DNA of 56,638 nt, from assembly GCA_045657225.1 (NCBI GenBank), contig JAZOSR010000033.1:1-56638 (forward strand), read 5' to 3'. A program made the position numbers and the translations under genes. This stretch comes from Eubacteriales bacterium. Its GTDB lineage: Bacteria > Bacillota > Clostridia > Oscillospirales > CAG-272. This document shows positions 18,608 through 29,196 of this stretch, piece after piece. The notes under the pieces are model-generated. The model was not told the DNA's origin and made no database searches. It worked only from the letters and a program-made list of their open reading frames with translations. Positions within the stretch are counted from its first letter, which is position 1. The number at the start of each line of letters is the position of its first letter.

Positions 18608-19809
18608 AAGTGTTGATCCTTTGTGGCGTATTTGCCAAAGAAAACGAACAGGAAATCATCTCTCATGCCAAACGTCCCGTAGAATATTCGGGCAATATTT
18701 TTCAAGAAAAGCTAATCAACGGGTTTCGCCAAGCGGGTATAAGCTGCTCTGTGCTTTCCGCACCTTTTATCGGCAGTTATCCCAACGCATCTAACATTCT
18801 GCACTTTAAAGGGTTTTCGGCAAACCAAACTCAATACACCTACGTACCCTTTAACAATATTTGGGGAATACGCAACTACTCGCGCGCCAAACAGTTAAAA
18901 TCGGCACTCAATGATTTTATTCGTGCCGACGATGACGAAAAGCTAATCGTCGTGTACTCTCCCCATACACCCTTTCTTAACGCCGCTGTCTTTGCGAAGA
19001 AAAAAGATCCTCGCATAAAAATTTGCTTGATTGTACCCGATTTGCCCCAATATATGAATCTGAATGCCAAGATCAGCCTTCCTTACAAAATCGGCAAGCA
19101 ATTTGACATCAAGAAGTTCAATCAGCTAAACAAACAAACCGACACCTTCGTGCTGCTAACAGAAGCAATGGCTGAACCGCTCTTGGTAAACAACCGTCCT
19201 TTTGTTGTGGTTGAAGGAATTATTGACCCCGATATTTTTGAAAAAAACGAAGCCAAAAGCACCGCGCGCACACAAAGTGATGAAAAATATATTGTCTACA
19301 CAGGCAAACTGAACGAAAAATTCGGTGTTAAAAAACTGATCGATGCGTTTATGAAAATCACCGAACCTAACTATCGCTTGGTTCTGTGCGGCAAAGGCGA
19401 TCTTGACGAATATATCGCCGAGGTCTCTGATAAGGATTCTCGCATTCTTCCCCAGGGGCAAGTCACTCCTACCGTAGCAAGTGAATGGATGTTAAAGGCC
19501 GACGTTTTGGTCAACCCGCGCGAAAACAATGAGGAGTATACAAAATATTCATTCCCATCAAAAAATATAGAATATCTCGCCAGCGGAACGCCTGTTGTTG
19601 CTTATATGTTAAGCGGCATGAAAAGTATATATCGCCAATTTTTATTTGAAGCCGACGATGTCGGGCTGACCGACGCATTAAACGCTGCGATCCGCGCAAC
19701 TGACAGTGAAAAACAGACTCGATATCTATTGGCAAAGAATTATCTTCAAACCTTGGATGCGCGCCGTATTGCAACCCAAATCATAAATTTAAATTTTAAC
19801 AACAACTGA
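18604..19809 (+). CDS. GT4 glycosyltransferase
   Basis: GT-B C-terminal motifs YTGKL and ADVLVNPR..SFPSKNIEYLASGTPVV. Confidence 0.85.
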   Translation: MKVLILCGVFAKENEQEIISHAKRPVEYSGNIFQEKLINGFRQAGISCSVLSAPFIGSYPNASNILHFKGFSANQTQYTYVPFNNIWGIRNYSRAKQLKSALNDFIRADDDEKLIVVYSPHTPFLNAAVFAKKKDPRIKICLIVPDLPQYMNLNAKISLPYKIGKQFDIKKFNQLNKQTDTFVLLTEAMAEPLLVNNRPFVVVEGIIDPDIFEKNEAKSTARTQSDEKYIVYTGKLNEKFGVKKLIDAFMKITEPNYRLVLCGKGDLDEYIAEVSDKDSRILPQGQVTPTVASEWMLKADVLVNPRENNEEYTKYSFPSKNIEYLASGTPVVAYMLSGMKSIYRQFLFEADDVGLTDALNAAIRATDSEKQTRYLLAKNYLQTLDARRIATQIINLNFNNN

Positions 19810-19846
19810 TCCGCTGTTGCTACATCTCAAAACGGGGGGATTTGAA

Positions 19847-20995
19847 ATGTCTAATATAGTTTTTGTGTATGATCATTTAGGAATCGGTGGAATTGCGACC
19901 TATATGCTGAACATGCTAAAGCATATTGATTTAAAAAACAATTCGGTTACACTTTTGACAAAATCGATTCAAAAGGAATTGATTGAACGAATCCCCACCG
20001 ATGTAAAGATCAAATATGTTGCAGATATTCCAAAAATCAAAAAAGCCCTTTTGTACGTTTTGCGCGGCGGTCTTCCCGCAATCGCAGAGCTTACTTTGCT
20101 AAAAAAAAGGAACTCGCATTGCGGAAAAGCAATCCAAAAATTACACGCTATCAGCGCCAAGCACTCCCCCGTGCCACAGGAGCAATATGATATCGCAATA
20201 GGCATGGACCATTATTGGCCCAATTACTACACACTGTCGAAAATCAACGCGACAAAAAAATACATATGGATACACCCGCAATACAACTCGTTAAACCTAA
20301 ACATCGAAGCTGACAAAAAATTCCTTCAGCACGCGACGAAAATATTCGCGGTATCACAACACAATGCCAACATACTGACGCAAACCTTTCCCTCTTTAGC
20401 GGATAAAATTGATTACATGGAAAATTTCATCGACAGCGAAGCGATCAAACAAGCTGCGCTTGAGCCCGAAGAGCCTTTTGATCGGAACAAATTTAACATC
20501 ATCACGGTTTGCAGACTGGACAACACTTCAAAAAGGATTGACCGCATAATAAAATGCGCGGATATCTTAAAGAAAGATCACGTTGATTTTACATGGCGCA
20601 TTGTGGGTGACGGCCCCGATCGTCAACACATTGAAAATCTCATCAAAGAACAAAATTTGGGAGATTGTGTGTTGTTGATGGGCAATCGCTCGAATCCATA
20701 CCCTCTCGTTAGGCAATCCGATGCGTTTGTGCTGCTCTCTCAATATGAAGGAGTCCCTTTGGTTGTCACGGAGGCAATGATCTTAGGACTTCCTGTTATC
20801 GTATCAAACTACGAAAGTGCCTCCTCACAAGTACAAAGTAAATATGGCGTAATCGTCAGCAATGATGATAAAACTGTTTCGCAACAAGCAGCCACCGCAC
20901 TCAAGGGCTTTGTTTCTGATCCTCCTCAAATTCCCACCTATCAAAAGGACAATTCAGAATCCTTAATAAAATTAACAAAGCTACTGACTTTATAA
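19847..20995 (+). CDS. GT4 glycosyltransferase
   Basis: GIGGI, TVCRL, IVGDGPDR, NPYP and SQYEGVPLVVTEAMILGLPVI. Confidence 0.9.
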   Translation: MSNIVFVYDHLGIGGIATYMLNMLKHIDLKNNSVTLLTKSIQKELIERIPTDVKIKYVADIPKIKKALLYVLRGGLPAIAELTLLKKRNSHCGKAIQKLHAISAKHSPVPQEQYDIAIGMDHYWPNYYTLSKINATKKYIWIHPQYNSLNLNIEADKKFLQHATKIFAVSQHNANILTQTFPSLADKIDYMENFIDSEAIKQAALEPEEPFDRNKFNIITVCRLDNTSKRIDRIIKCADILKKDHVDFTWRIVGDGPDRQHIENLIKEQNLGDCVLLMGNRSNPYPLVRQSDAFVLLSQYEGVPLVVTEAMILGLPVIVSNYESASSQVQSKYGVIVSNDDKTVSQQAATALKGFVSDPPQIPTYQKDNSESLIKLTKLLTL

Positions 20996-21040
20996 AATAA
21001 TTATCGCAACATTCAATTTTGATCTAATGCGAGGTCTATC

Positions 21041-21538
21041 ATGAATTTACTTATTTTGTTTAAACGATTACTTCACCGTAGCGAATTAAAAAATTTGCGG
21101 CAACAGTTAAAGCATTGCGGCAGCAATGTTTATGTAGATGGGCAATTTACCATTGTGGGACGAGAAAACATATCCTTGGGAGATTCTGTTTACATTGGTC
21201 CGAATGCTACATTACTTTCTACAAAAGCTGCACTTACTATAAAAGGTCACTTTATGGCAGGTCCCAATCTTACAATTGTCACCGGTGATCACAGAATTGA
21301 TATCAAAGACAGATACATGGATTCCATCACTTCAGCTGAAAAGCTTCCGGAAAACGACATTGAGGTTGTCATCGAAGAAGACGTTTGGTGTGGTGCCAAT
21401 GTAACAATCTTAAAAGGCGTTCACATACACAAAGGTAGCGTGATCGGTGCAGGTGCAGTCGTCACAAAAGATATTGGTGAATATGAAATTTGGGCGGGCG
21501 TCCCTGCTCGAAAAATCAAAAACCGTTTCGACGAATAA
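21041..21538 (+). CDS. Hexapeptide-repeat (LbH) O-acetyltransferase
   Basis: VVIEEDVWCGANVTILKGVHIHKGSVIGAGAVVTKD..WAGVPAR. Confidence 0.9.
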   Translation: MNLLILFKRLLHRSELKNLRQQLKHCGSNVYVDGQFTIVGRENISLGDSVYIGPNATLLSTKAALTIKGHFMAGPNLTIVTGDHRIDIKDRYMDSITSAEKLPENDIEVVIEEDVWCGANVTILKGVHIHKGSVIGAGAVVTKDIGEYEIWAGVPARKIKNRFDE

Positions 21539-21602
21539 ATTTACTCCACCATCCTCTTGCAGTTTCCTTTACACAAAAACAAAAGGAGTACATATCCATC
21601 TC

Positions 21603-22823
21603 ATGCAACAAACAAATTACAATCCGCAAGAGACTCAAGTGTCTCCAAAAAAGAATAATTTCTACAAGATCTTGTCTTGGATATTATTTCTCTATTGCTT
21701 TGCACTTCCCTTTGAAGAAGCTATTGCGTCGGGGTTTGGTAGCATTTTACGCTTTTTGGGAATTATCATCATCGCCCTATGCTTACTTCTTTGCATTCAT
21801 AAAAATATAAACTTTTATCAATTAAAGATTCTATTGCCCTTTATTTTTTGGATTTTCTTATCTTTCGTGTCTGCACTTTGGAGCAATAGCTTTTCGTGGT
21901 GGTCTTATTTCTTCATGATTTATCTCCTCCAAATCGTATTTGTTTGTATTGTGTCAGCTTGCCACAAGCATATAGATTTAAAATATCTCTATAATGGCTT
22001 CATTTTAGGTGCTCTTATAGCCGCTCTTCTTTTGATGGTTCTTCCGCAATCCATATCCATGGATCAAGCCGGAAGAAGAACTTTGATGATGTTTGGAAAT
22101 GAGATCGACCCCAATATCATTTCCACCATTATCATGATAGGCATTTACTCCTGCATTGATAAAATATCTCGCATAAAGCAACGCAGATGGATTTACATCT
22201 TGTTTATTCTTTTCATGCTGGTTGGCATGCTATACACAGGCTCGCGAGGCGCACTGATCTCGTTCGTCGCAAGCTTTGTAATCTTTTTACTGATCCTTCT
22301 CAAGAAGCAACGGCAAAAAAAGCGAGTATTACTCCTCATTTTTTTGGCGGGCATTGTTGCTCTCGTTGCTGTTTCAATATTGCCCGAGGAGCTATTGCTC
22401 GAACGCTTTTCAAGTGAAAATATTTTAGGCTTAAACGAGTATGAAAGTGGCTCTCACAATCGTTACACCATATGGGAGCACGCATTCCCGCTCATAAAGG
22501 GCGCGCCGATATTCGGATATGGGTGCGGAAACTTCTTTGATATCATTGCTACCGTATACAGGCAAACGGCATCTCACAATCTATACCTGCTTTTGCTAAT
22601 TGAAAACGGCATTGTTGGCTTTGGATTATTCATCTTCGGTCTGACCAAGCTGTTACGGCTATTATACAAAAAGCAGATGTTCTCCCTATTTGCAATGCTT
22701 ACCGCGGTGTGCATCATGGCACTCACACTCGACACCCTAACGACAAAATATTTTTGGATCGTGTTAATTCTCGTAGTCGTCACGCTACTGCAGCAAAGTG
22801 AGAGGCAAAAGCACGAGGATTAA
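21603..22823 (+). CDS. wzy: Polysaccharide polymerase / O-antigen ligase-like protein
   Basis: Polytopic membrane protein with TGSRGA, PIFGYGCG and SHNLYL..ENGIVG motifs; cluster context. Confidence 0.75.
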   Translation: MQQTNYNPQETQVSPKKNNFYKILSWILFLYCFALPFEEAIASGFGSILRFLGIIIIALCLLLCIHKNINFYQLKILLPFIFWIFLSFVSALWSNSFSWWSYFFMIYLLQIVFVCIVSACHKHIDLKYLYNGFILGALIAALLLMVLPQSISMDQAGRRTLMMFGNEIDPNIISTIIMIGIYSCIDKISRIKQRRWIYILFILFMLVGMLYTGSRGALISFVASFVIFLLILLKKQRQKKRVLLLIFLAGIVALVAVSILPEELLLERFSSENILGLNEYESGSHNRYTIWEHAFPLIKGAPIFGYGCGNFFDIIATVYRQTASHNLYLLLLIENGIVGFGLFIFGLTKLLRLLYKKQMFSLFAMLTAVCIMALTLDTLTTKYFWIVLILVVVTLLQQSERQKHED

Positions 22824-22921
22824 TCCTCCGTTTTGGGTATAACCTTTTGCACTATCAATCACGACCGCTGCTTGCTTATCCTGCAAAAAATCAAAATTGA
22901 AATTAATTGAAGGGAAAGTTT

Positions 22922-23917
22922 ATGCGAATTTCAATTGTCGTTCCCGTATACAATGTGGAACGCTTTATTTGCGAATGCCTTGAAAGCATCAAAAAGCAAA
23001 CATATTCCGATTTCGAATGCATTCTGGTTGACGACGGCTCCACCGATTCTTCCGGAACGATCTGCGACCGTTACGCAAAGGAAGACGAGAGATTTAAGGT
23101 TTTCCATAAAGCCAACGGCGGCTTGGTAAGCGCCCGAAAATTCGGAGTAAATGCGGCCGGCTGTCAATACGTTTGCTTTGTGGATTCCGACGATTATATT
23201 GGTGAGTCATATCTTGACAATTTCGCCAACATAATTGCAAAGCATTCTCCGGATATGATCGCAAACAACTACATTGAATCCTTTTGCGGCGATCAAACAG
23301 CCCCATTTTATATAAACGAAGCTGTTGGACTTTATGAAAAGGACCGTCTTGATACGATCAAAGAAAGATTGGTATACGACAAGGATACCAAGGGCTCAAA
23401 TATGGGCGTGATCATGCCAAGCCTTTGCTTGAAATGTATAAAGAGAGATCTGCTGGCACAGCAGTACTCAGAATGCGATGAAAGCATCAGTATGGGCGAG
23501 GATTTGATGATCAGCTTCCCGTTGGCGTTGATCTGTAACAGCATATATTTGGATTGCTTCAAAGGATATTTTTATAGAAAAAACCCCAATTCGATCGCAA
23601 ATACGTTTAAACCGGAGTATTTTGATACAGTTGACAAATTAAGCGCCTATTTGGAAGACAGAATGCCATCGCACCAAACGAATATCGCTTATTACGCCCT
23701 GCAAAGAACGTACAGTAACGTAATCTCCGCAGGAAGGAGCATCGCTAACGCCAAAGAATTCAAGGCACTGTTAAACCAAAAGATTACAAGAAATGAAATT
23801 CAAAAATACAAAAAATTAAAAACCAAGGGATTCCCCTTGAAAAATCGGATATTCTTTTTCCTGATCAAAAAACGTGCATGGTCTGTTTTATATCGGATCA
23901 TTAAATTGTTTTCATAA
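22922..23917 (+). CDS. GT2 glycosyltransferase
   Basis: ISIVVPVYNVE, VDDGSTD, NGGLVSARK and FVDSDD. Confidence 0.92.
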   Translation: MRISIVVPVYNVERFICECLESIKKQTYSDFECILVDDGSTDSSGTICDRYAKEDERFKVFHKANGGLVSARKFGVNAAGCQYVCFVDSDDYIGESYLDNFANIIAKHSPDMIANNYIESFCGDQTAPFYINEAVGLYEKDRLDTIKERLVYDKDTKGSNMGVIMPSLCLKCIKRDLLAQQYSECDESISMGEDLMISFPLALICNSIYLDCFKGYFYRKNPNSIANTFKPEYFDTVDKLSAYLEDRMPSHQTNIAYYALQRTYSNVISAGRSIANAKEFKALLNQKITRNEIQKYKKLKTKGFPLKNRIFFFLIKKRAWSVLYRIIKLFS

Positions 23918-23960
23918 ACCGAATTATACTACTATTCTTGGGTTGGGGGGAGGTCATTTT

Positions 23961-25421
23961 TTGAAAAACGCAGGCGAACTCAAGGAAAAAACGTTCGCGA
24001 GCTTCTTGTGGAAGTTCTCTGAACGAATGATGTCGCAATTCATATCGCTGGTCATATCCATTATTTTGGCAAGAATCTTAGCGCCCAGCGACTATAGCGT
24101 TGTAAGCATCGTCACTATATTTTTCTCGTTTGCAAACATATTTGTCATCGGGGGACTAAGCACGGCGTTGATCCAGAAAAAGAACGCCGATACACTTGAT
24201 TATTCCGTGGTACTGTACAGTACCCTATCCCTTTCAATTGTTATTTACGCCATTTTGTTTTTCTGTGCACCTGCCATTGCCAATTTGTACGATCAGCCCG
24301 TGCTGACAAACATGATCAGAATCATGGGACTTACATTGCCGATCACGGCAATCCAATCTGTTTGGAGCGCTTATATCTCCTCTGCCATGATGTTCAAAAA
24401 GTTCTTTTTCTCGACATTGGGTGGCACACTGCTTTCCGGCGCAATAGGACTATACATGGCAATAAACGGATATGGATCTTGGGCATTGGTTGCACAGCAA
24501 ATGTCAAGCGTCGTCATAAATACAGTCATTCTCATCATCTCAACCCGAATAAAGATCGTATTTAACTTTTCCTTTTCCAGATTTAAAATATTATGGAAAT
24601 TTGGCTGGAAGGTTTTCCTCTCCTCGGCTATTTCGGTTACTTATGCCGAAACGACCCCCTTGGTAATCGGACTTAAATTCAACAGCACAGACCTATCGTA
24701 CTATACAAAAGGAAGAAATTTTCCCGGCTTGATATCAAACACACTGACCAACTCGCTCTCCTCCGTCTTGTTCCCCATTTTTTCAAAAAAGCAAGACGAC
24801 AAAAAATTTCTGTTGGAGTATTTAAGGCAGTACATCAGAGTTGCTTCTTTTATTATTTTTCCGTTAATGTTAGGTTTTTTGATGGTATCCGATTCCTTTG
24901 TTTCCGTTATTCTCACTGACAAGTGGGCACCCGCAGTTCCATACATACAAATTTTTTGCATCGCCTATATGTTTGACATGCTATCGGTGGGAAATTGCGA
25001 GGTCATAAAGGCCATGGGACGAAGTGACATATTCCTATTGATAGAGATCATAAAAAAATCGCTTTACTTTATCGTGATCGGCGTATTTGTGCTTACAATG
25101 TCTTCGGCAACAATGCTTGCTGTTTCATCAATCATCTGTTCCTCTATCGCAATTGTAGTAAATTCAATGCCCAATCAAAAGCTACTGGGATATAAATATC
25201 GGCAACAACTATTAGATATACTACCAAATCTGTTAAATTCACTCATTATGTGTGTTGCCGTGGGCTTGATAACGCTATTAAACTTGGGGGACGGACTCAC
25301 ACTAATACTTCAAGTATTCACAGGCGCTGTAACTTATGTTCTTGTAGCGTTTATTACAAAAAACAAATCCATGATGTATTTCTTGGGAATGGTTAAAGAA
25401 AAATTAGGTGTAAAACAATAA
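23961..25421 (+). CDS. wzx: Polysaccharide flippase (WzxC-like)
   Basis: ILARILAPSDY, ALIQKK, GSWALVAQQ and ILTDKW; TTG start after GGAGG. Confidence 0.85.
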   Translation: MKNAGELKEKTFASFLWKFSERMMSQFISLVISIILARILAPSDYSVVSIVTIFFSFANIFVIGGLSTALIQKKNADTLDYSVVLYSTLSLSIVIYAILFFCAPAIANLYDQPVLTNMIRIMGLTLPITAIQSVWSAYISSAMMFKKFFFSTLGGTLLSGAIGLYMAINGYGSWALVAQQMSSVVINTVILIISTRIKIVFNFSFSRFKILWKFGWKVFLSSAISVTYAETTPLVIGLKFNSTDLSYYTKGRNFPGLISNTLTNSLSSVLFPIFSKKQDDKKFLLEYLRQYIRVASFIIFPLMLGFLMVSDSFVSVILTDKWAPAVPYIQIFCIAYMFDMLSVGNCEVIKAMGRSDIFLLIEIIKKSLYFIVIGVFVLTMSSATMLAVSSIICSSIAIVVNSMPNQKLLGYKYRQQLLDILPNLLNSLIMCVAVGLITLLNLGDGLTLILQVFTGAVTYVLVAFITKNKSMMYFLGMVKEKLGVKQ

Positions 25422-25437
25422 AGGAGGATTTATAAAA

Positions 25438-26130
25438 GTGGGAAAATTAAAATCTTTTTTGAGAAATTTCGTCTTAACGCGCGGATTGTACCGCGCATTA
25501 TGGGCATTAAAAAATCGCAGGCTACGCCAAATCAAGAAAAACATGAAGTCCAATGGACCCCAAACAGTATTCCTCATAGAAGACATCCTTTCAAAGAACA
25601 ATTTGTTCTTTTACATGGATATGGGTACTATGCTTGGAATAGTGAGAGAAGGACGGCTGTTAGGGCACGACCTTGACATTGATGTGGCAGTATATGCAAA
25701 CACAGAAAAAGAAAAAGAGCAGATCAAAAATGCCCTCACATCTGCGGGATGTAAATTAAAATACAGTTATGTCGTTGAAGAAATCGGCACAGTAGAAGAA
25801 TCGTTTGAACTCAACGATTTAAAATTTGATGTAAATTATTACTTGCGCGACGGAGATAAAGATATCTGCTATCTTATGTATCGAAATCCACAAAAAAATT
25901 ACAACGACGAAAAATCCATGGATGTAGTTAAGCTTTCCGTTTCCGCCGTTAAAGGCACCAAAAAAATACCTTTCTTCAATCAAGAGGTCACCGTGCCGCA
26001 AAACCCCGAAAAATACTTGGCTGAACGCTACGGCGAAAATTGGCGCATCCCCGACAAATTTTATGTGTATTGGAAGGGCCCCAGCACAGAAATTACAAAC
26101 TACAAAGGTTATAGAAGGACGGACATTTAA
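25438..26130 (+). CDS. licD: LicD-family phosphotransferase
   Basis: GTMLGIVREGRLLGHDLDIDV and PEKYLAERYGENWRIP. Confidence 0.8.
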   Translation: MGKLKSFLRNFVLTRGLYRALWALKNRRLRQIKKNMKSNGPQTVFLIEDILSKNNLFFYMDMGTMLGIVREGRLLGHDLDIDVAVYANTEKEKEQIKNALTSAGCKLKYSYVVEEIGTVEESFELNDLKFDVNYYLRDGDKDICYLMYRNPQKNYNDEKSMDVVKLSVSAVKGTKKIPFFNQEVTVPQNPEKYLAERYGENWRIPDKFYVYWKGPSTEITNYKGYRRTDI

Positions 26131-26131
26131 A

Positions 26132-26851
26132 ATGAAAGCACTTATTCTTAATTCGGGACTTGGAAGCAGAATGGGGGTTTTAACCTCGGAACATCCCAAA
26201 TGCATGACAGAAATATCCGCTGAAGAAACAATAATCAAGCGTCAATTACGACTTCTTTCAAAGATCGGAATACGCGATGTTATCATTACAACGGGATATT
26301 ACAACGATGTTCTCGTTGATTATTGCAACAATCTTCCTTATCAATTAAATTATACCTTTGTATATAATCCCGTTTATAATCAAACCAATTACATTTATTC
26401 AATTTATTGTGCAAGAGAATATCTCAAGGATGAGGATGTTATTCTTTTGCATGGGGATCTTGTCTTTGAAGCGTCAGTTTTACTTGATATAGTTACGTTT
26501 GAGAAAAGTTGCATGAAAGTCAGTTCCACCCTGCCCCTCCCCCAAAAAGATTTTAAAGCTGTCGTTCGAAACGGAAGAGTTTACAAGGTAGGTGTAGAAT
26601 TTTTCGAGGAAGCAGTGGAGGCACAGGCTCTTTATAAGCTCAACAAAAAAGAGTGGAACACATGGCTGGATAAAATCATTGAGTATTGTGAAGCGGACAA
26701 GAAAAAATGCTATGCAGAGGTAGCGCTTAACGAAGTGACCGACAAAATGGAACTTTTTGCATTCGACGTAGAAAATAGACTCTGCTCTGAAATTGACACT
26801 CCTGAGGATTGGGAAATCATCAAAAATCAACTATCTAAAATTGAGGATTGA
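26132..26851 (+). CDS. LicC/PntC-like phosphocholine or phosphonate cytidylyltransferase
   Basis: MKALILNSGLGSRMG..HPKCM, NPVYNQTNYIYS, LHGDLVF and EIDTPED. Confidence 0.75.
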   Translation: MKALILNSGLGSRMGVLTSEHPKCMTEISAEETIIKRQLRLLSKIGIRDVIITTGYYNDVLVDYCNNLPYQLNYTFVYNPVYNQTNYIYSIYCAREYLKDEDVILLHGDLVFEASVLLDIVTFEKSCMKVSSTLPLPQKDFKAVVRNGRVYKVGVEFFEEAVEAQALYKLNKKEWNTWLDKIIEYCEADKKKCYAEVALNEVTDKMELFAFDVENRLCSEIDTPEDWEIIKNQLSKIED

Positions 26852-26938
26852 CACCCTGCAATATTTTTGAATTCACATTCTCTCTTACATGCACCCCACT
26901 TTCATATTCTTACTAATAACCAGCAAGGAGGACCTACC

Positions 26939-27985
26939 ATGTCACTCTTCAAAGACAAAACACTACTCATCACGGGCGGAACGGGCAGCTTTGGCAACGC
27001 CGTGTTGAACCGCTTTCTAAAGACCGATATCGGTGAGATCCGCATCTTCTCGCGCGACGAGAAGAAGCAGGACGACATGCGCCACGAATTTCAGGCAAAG
27101 ATGCCCGAGGTTGCCGAAAAGATCAAATTCTACATCGGCGACGTGCGCGATCTCGCGTCGGTCAAAAATGCCATGCACGGTGTTGACTACATCTTCCACG
27201 CGGCGGCGCTGAAGCAGGTGCCCTCCTGCGAGTTTTTCCCCATTGAGGCGGTAAAGACCAACGTACTCGGCACCGAAAACGTCCTCACCGCCGCCATCGA
27301 GGCGGGCGTAAAGAACGTCGTTTGTCTTTCTACCGACAAGGCGGCATACCCCGTCAACGCCATGGGCACCTCCAAGGCGATGATGGAGAAGGTCATCGTT
27401 GCCAAATCAAGAACCGTCAGCCCCGACAAGACCAAGATCTGCTGCACGCGCTACGGCAACGTTATGTGCTCGCGCGGCTCGGTCATTCCGCTTTGGATCG
27501 ACCAGATCAAGGCAGGCAACCCCATCACCATTACCGACCCCACGATGACCCGCTTCATCATGTCGCTTGACGAGGCAGTCGATCTCGTGCTCTTTGCCTT
27601 CGAGCACGGCGAGAGCGGCGACATTCTCGTCCAAAAGGCACCCGCCTGCACCATCAAGACCCAAGCAGAGGCAGTTTGCGAGCTGTTTGGCGGTGATAAG
27701 GAGGCAATCAAGATCATCGGTATCCGTCACGGAGAAAAGATGTACGAAACGCTGCTCACCAACGAGGAGTGCACGAACGCCATCGACATGGGCGATTTCT
27801 ATCGCGTTCCCTGCGACAAGCGCGGTCTGAATTACGACAAATACTTCAGCAAGGGCGACGCAAACCGCAATCCTCTCACCGAGTTCAATTCCCACAACAC
27901 AAAGCTTCTTAACGTAGAGGAGACCAAGGCAAAGATCGCCTCGCTTACCTACATTCAAGAAGAAATGGCAAAGATGGGCAGATAA
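26939..27985 (+). CDS. fnlA: UDP-GlcNAc 4,6-dehydratase (Cap5E/WbjB type)
   Basis: ITGGTGSFG, FSRDEKKQDDMR, HAAALKQVPSCEFFP, STDKAAYP and RYGNVMCSRGSVIP. Confidence 0.9.
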   Translation: MSLFKDKTLLITGGTGSFGNAVLNRFLKTDIGEIRIFSRDEKKQDDMRHEFQAKMPEVAEKIKFYIGDVRDLASVKNAMHGVDYIFHAAALKQVPSCEFFPIEAVKTNVLGTENVLTAAIEAGVKNVVCLSTDKAAYPVNAMGTSKAMMEKVIVAKSRTVSPDKTKICCTRYGNVMCSRGSVIPLWIDQIKAGNPITITDPTMTRFIMSLDEAVDLVLFAFEHGESGDILVQKAPACTIKTQAEAVCELFGGDKEAIKIIGIRHGEKMYETLLTNEECTNAIDMGDFYRVPCDKRGLNYDKYFSKGDANRNPLTEFNSHNTKLLNVEETKAKIASLTYIQEEMAKMGR

Positions 27986-27996
27986 GGAACACGGGC

Positions 27997-29196
27997 ATGA
28001 AAATACTGATCACCGGCGCGGCGGGCTTTGTCGGAAAGAATCTCGCCGCCGCCCTTCAAAGCATCAAGGACGGGAAGGACAAAACGCATCCCGCCATCAC
28101 CGTGGACGAGCTCTATCTTTACGACATTGACTCGCCCTCAGCGCTCCTTGACACGGCTTGCAAGGATTGCGATTTCGTGTTCAACCTCGCGGGCGTCAAC
28201 CGTCCTCAAAATCCCGAGGAGTTTATGCAGGGCAACTTCGGCTTTGCCACCACGCTACTTAACACCTTAAAAAAATATAGCAACACCTGCCCCGTTATGA
28301 TCTCGTCGTCAATTCAGGCGACCTGCATCGGTCGCTACGACAGCGACTACGGCAGAAGCAAGAAGGCGGGCGAGGAGCTGATGTTTCAGTATAGCGAGGA
28401 AACGGGCGCGAAGGTCCTTGTTTACCGCTTCCCCAACCTCTTTGGCAAATGGTGCCGCCCCAACTACAACTCCGCCGTTGCCACCTTCTGCAACAACATC
28501 GCAAACGACCTGCCCATCACGGTCAGTGACCGCGCCGTGCAGCTTGAACTGCTCTACATCGACGACCTTATAAACGAGATGCTGGCGGCACTTGAGGGTA
28601 GCGAGCACCATTGCACCTTCAACGGTATTGAAACGGTGCTCTGCGAGGACGGCAAATACTGCGCCGCGCCCATCACGCATAAGGTCACTCTTGGCGAGAT
28701 CGTTGACCTGCTCCATAGCTTCAAGGCGCAGACCAGGACGCTCGTTATGCCCGAGATTCCCGACGGCAGCTTCGCCAAGAAGCTGTACAGCACCTACCTT
28801 TCCTATCTGCCGAAGGAAAAGGTCAGCTTTCCTTTGAAAATGAACGTTGACGCGCGCGGCTCGTTTACCGAGCTCCTTAAAACCGAGAAATGCGGTCAGT
28901 TCAGCGTCAACATCTCAAAGCCCGGCATCACAAAGGGTCAGCATTGGCACCACACCAAGTGGGAATTTTTCATTGTCGTTTCGGGCAAGGGCCTGATTCA
29001 ACAGCGCAAAATCGGCTCCGACGAGGTGCTGAATTTTGAGGTATCGGGAGACGAGATCCGCGCGATCCACATGCTCCCCGGCTACACGCACAACATCATC
29101 AATCTGTCCGAAACAGAAAATCTTGTCACGGTGATGTGGGCAAACGAGCAGTTTGACCAAGCACACCCCGACACATTCTTTGAGGTGGTAGAATAA
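27997..29196 (+). CDS. fnlB: Cap5F/WbjC-type reductase/epimerase with C-terminal cupin
   Basis: ITGAAGFVG, LAGVNRP, FGKWCRPNYNS, DARGSFTE and KGQHWHHTKWE. Confidence 0.9.
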   Translation: MKILITGAAGFVGKNLAAALQSIKDGKDKTHPAITVDELYLYDIDSPSALLDTACKDCDFVFNLAGVNRPQNPEEFMQGNFGFATTLLNTLKKYSNTCPVMISSSIQATCIGRYDSDYGRSKKAGEELMFQYSEETGAKVLVYRFPNLFGKWCRPNYNSAVATFCNNIANDLPITVSDRAVQLELLYIDDLINEMLAALEGSEHHCTFNGIETVLCEDGKYCAAPITHKVTLGEIVDLLHSFKAQTRTLVMPEIPDGSFAKKLYSTYLSYLPKEKVSFPLKMNVDARGSFTELLKTEKCGQFSVNISKPGITKGQHWHHTKWEFFIVVSGKGLIQQRKIGSDEVLNFEVSGDEIRAIHMLPGYTHNIINLSETENLVTVMWANEQFDQAHPDTFFEVVE

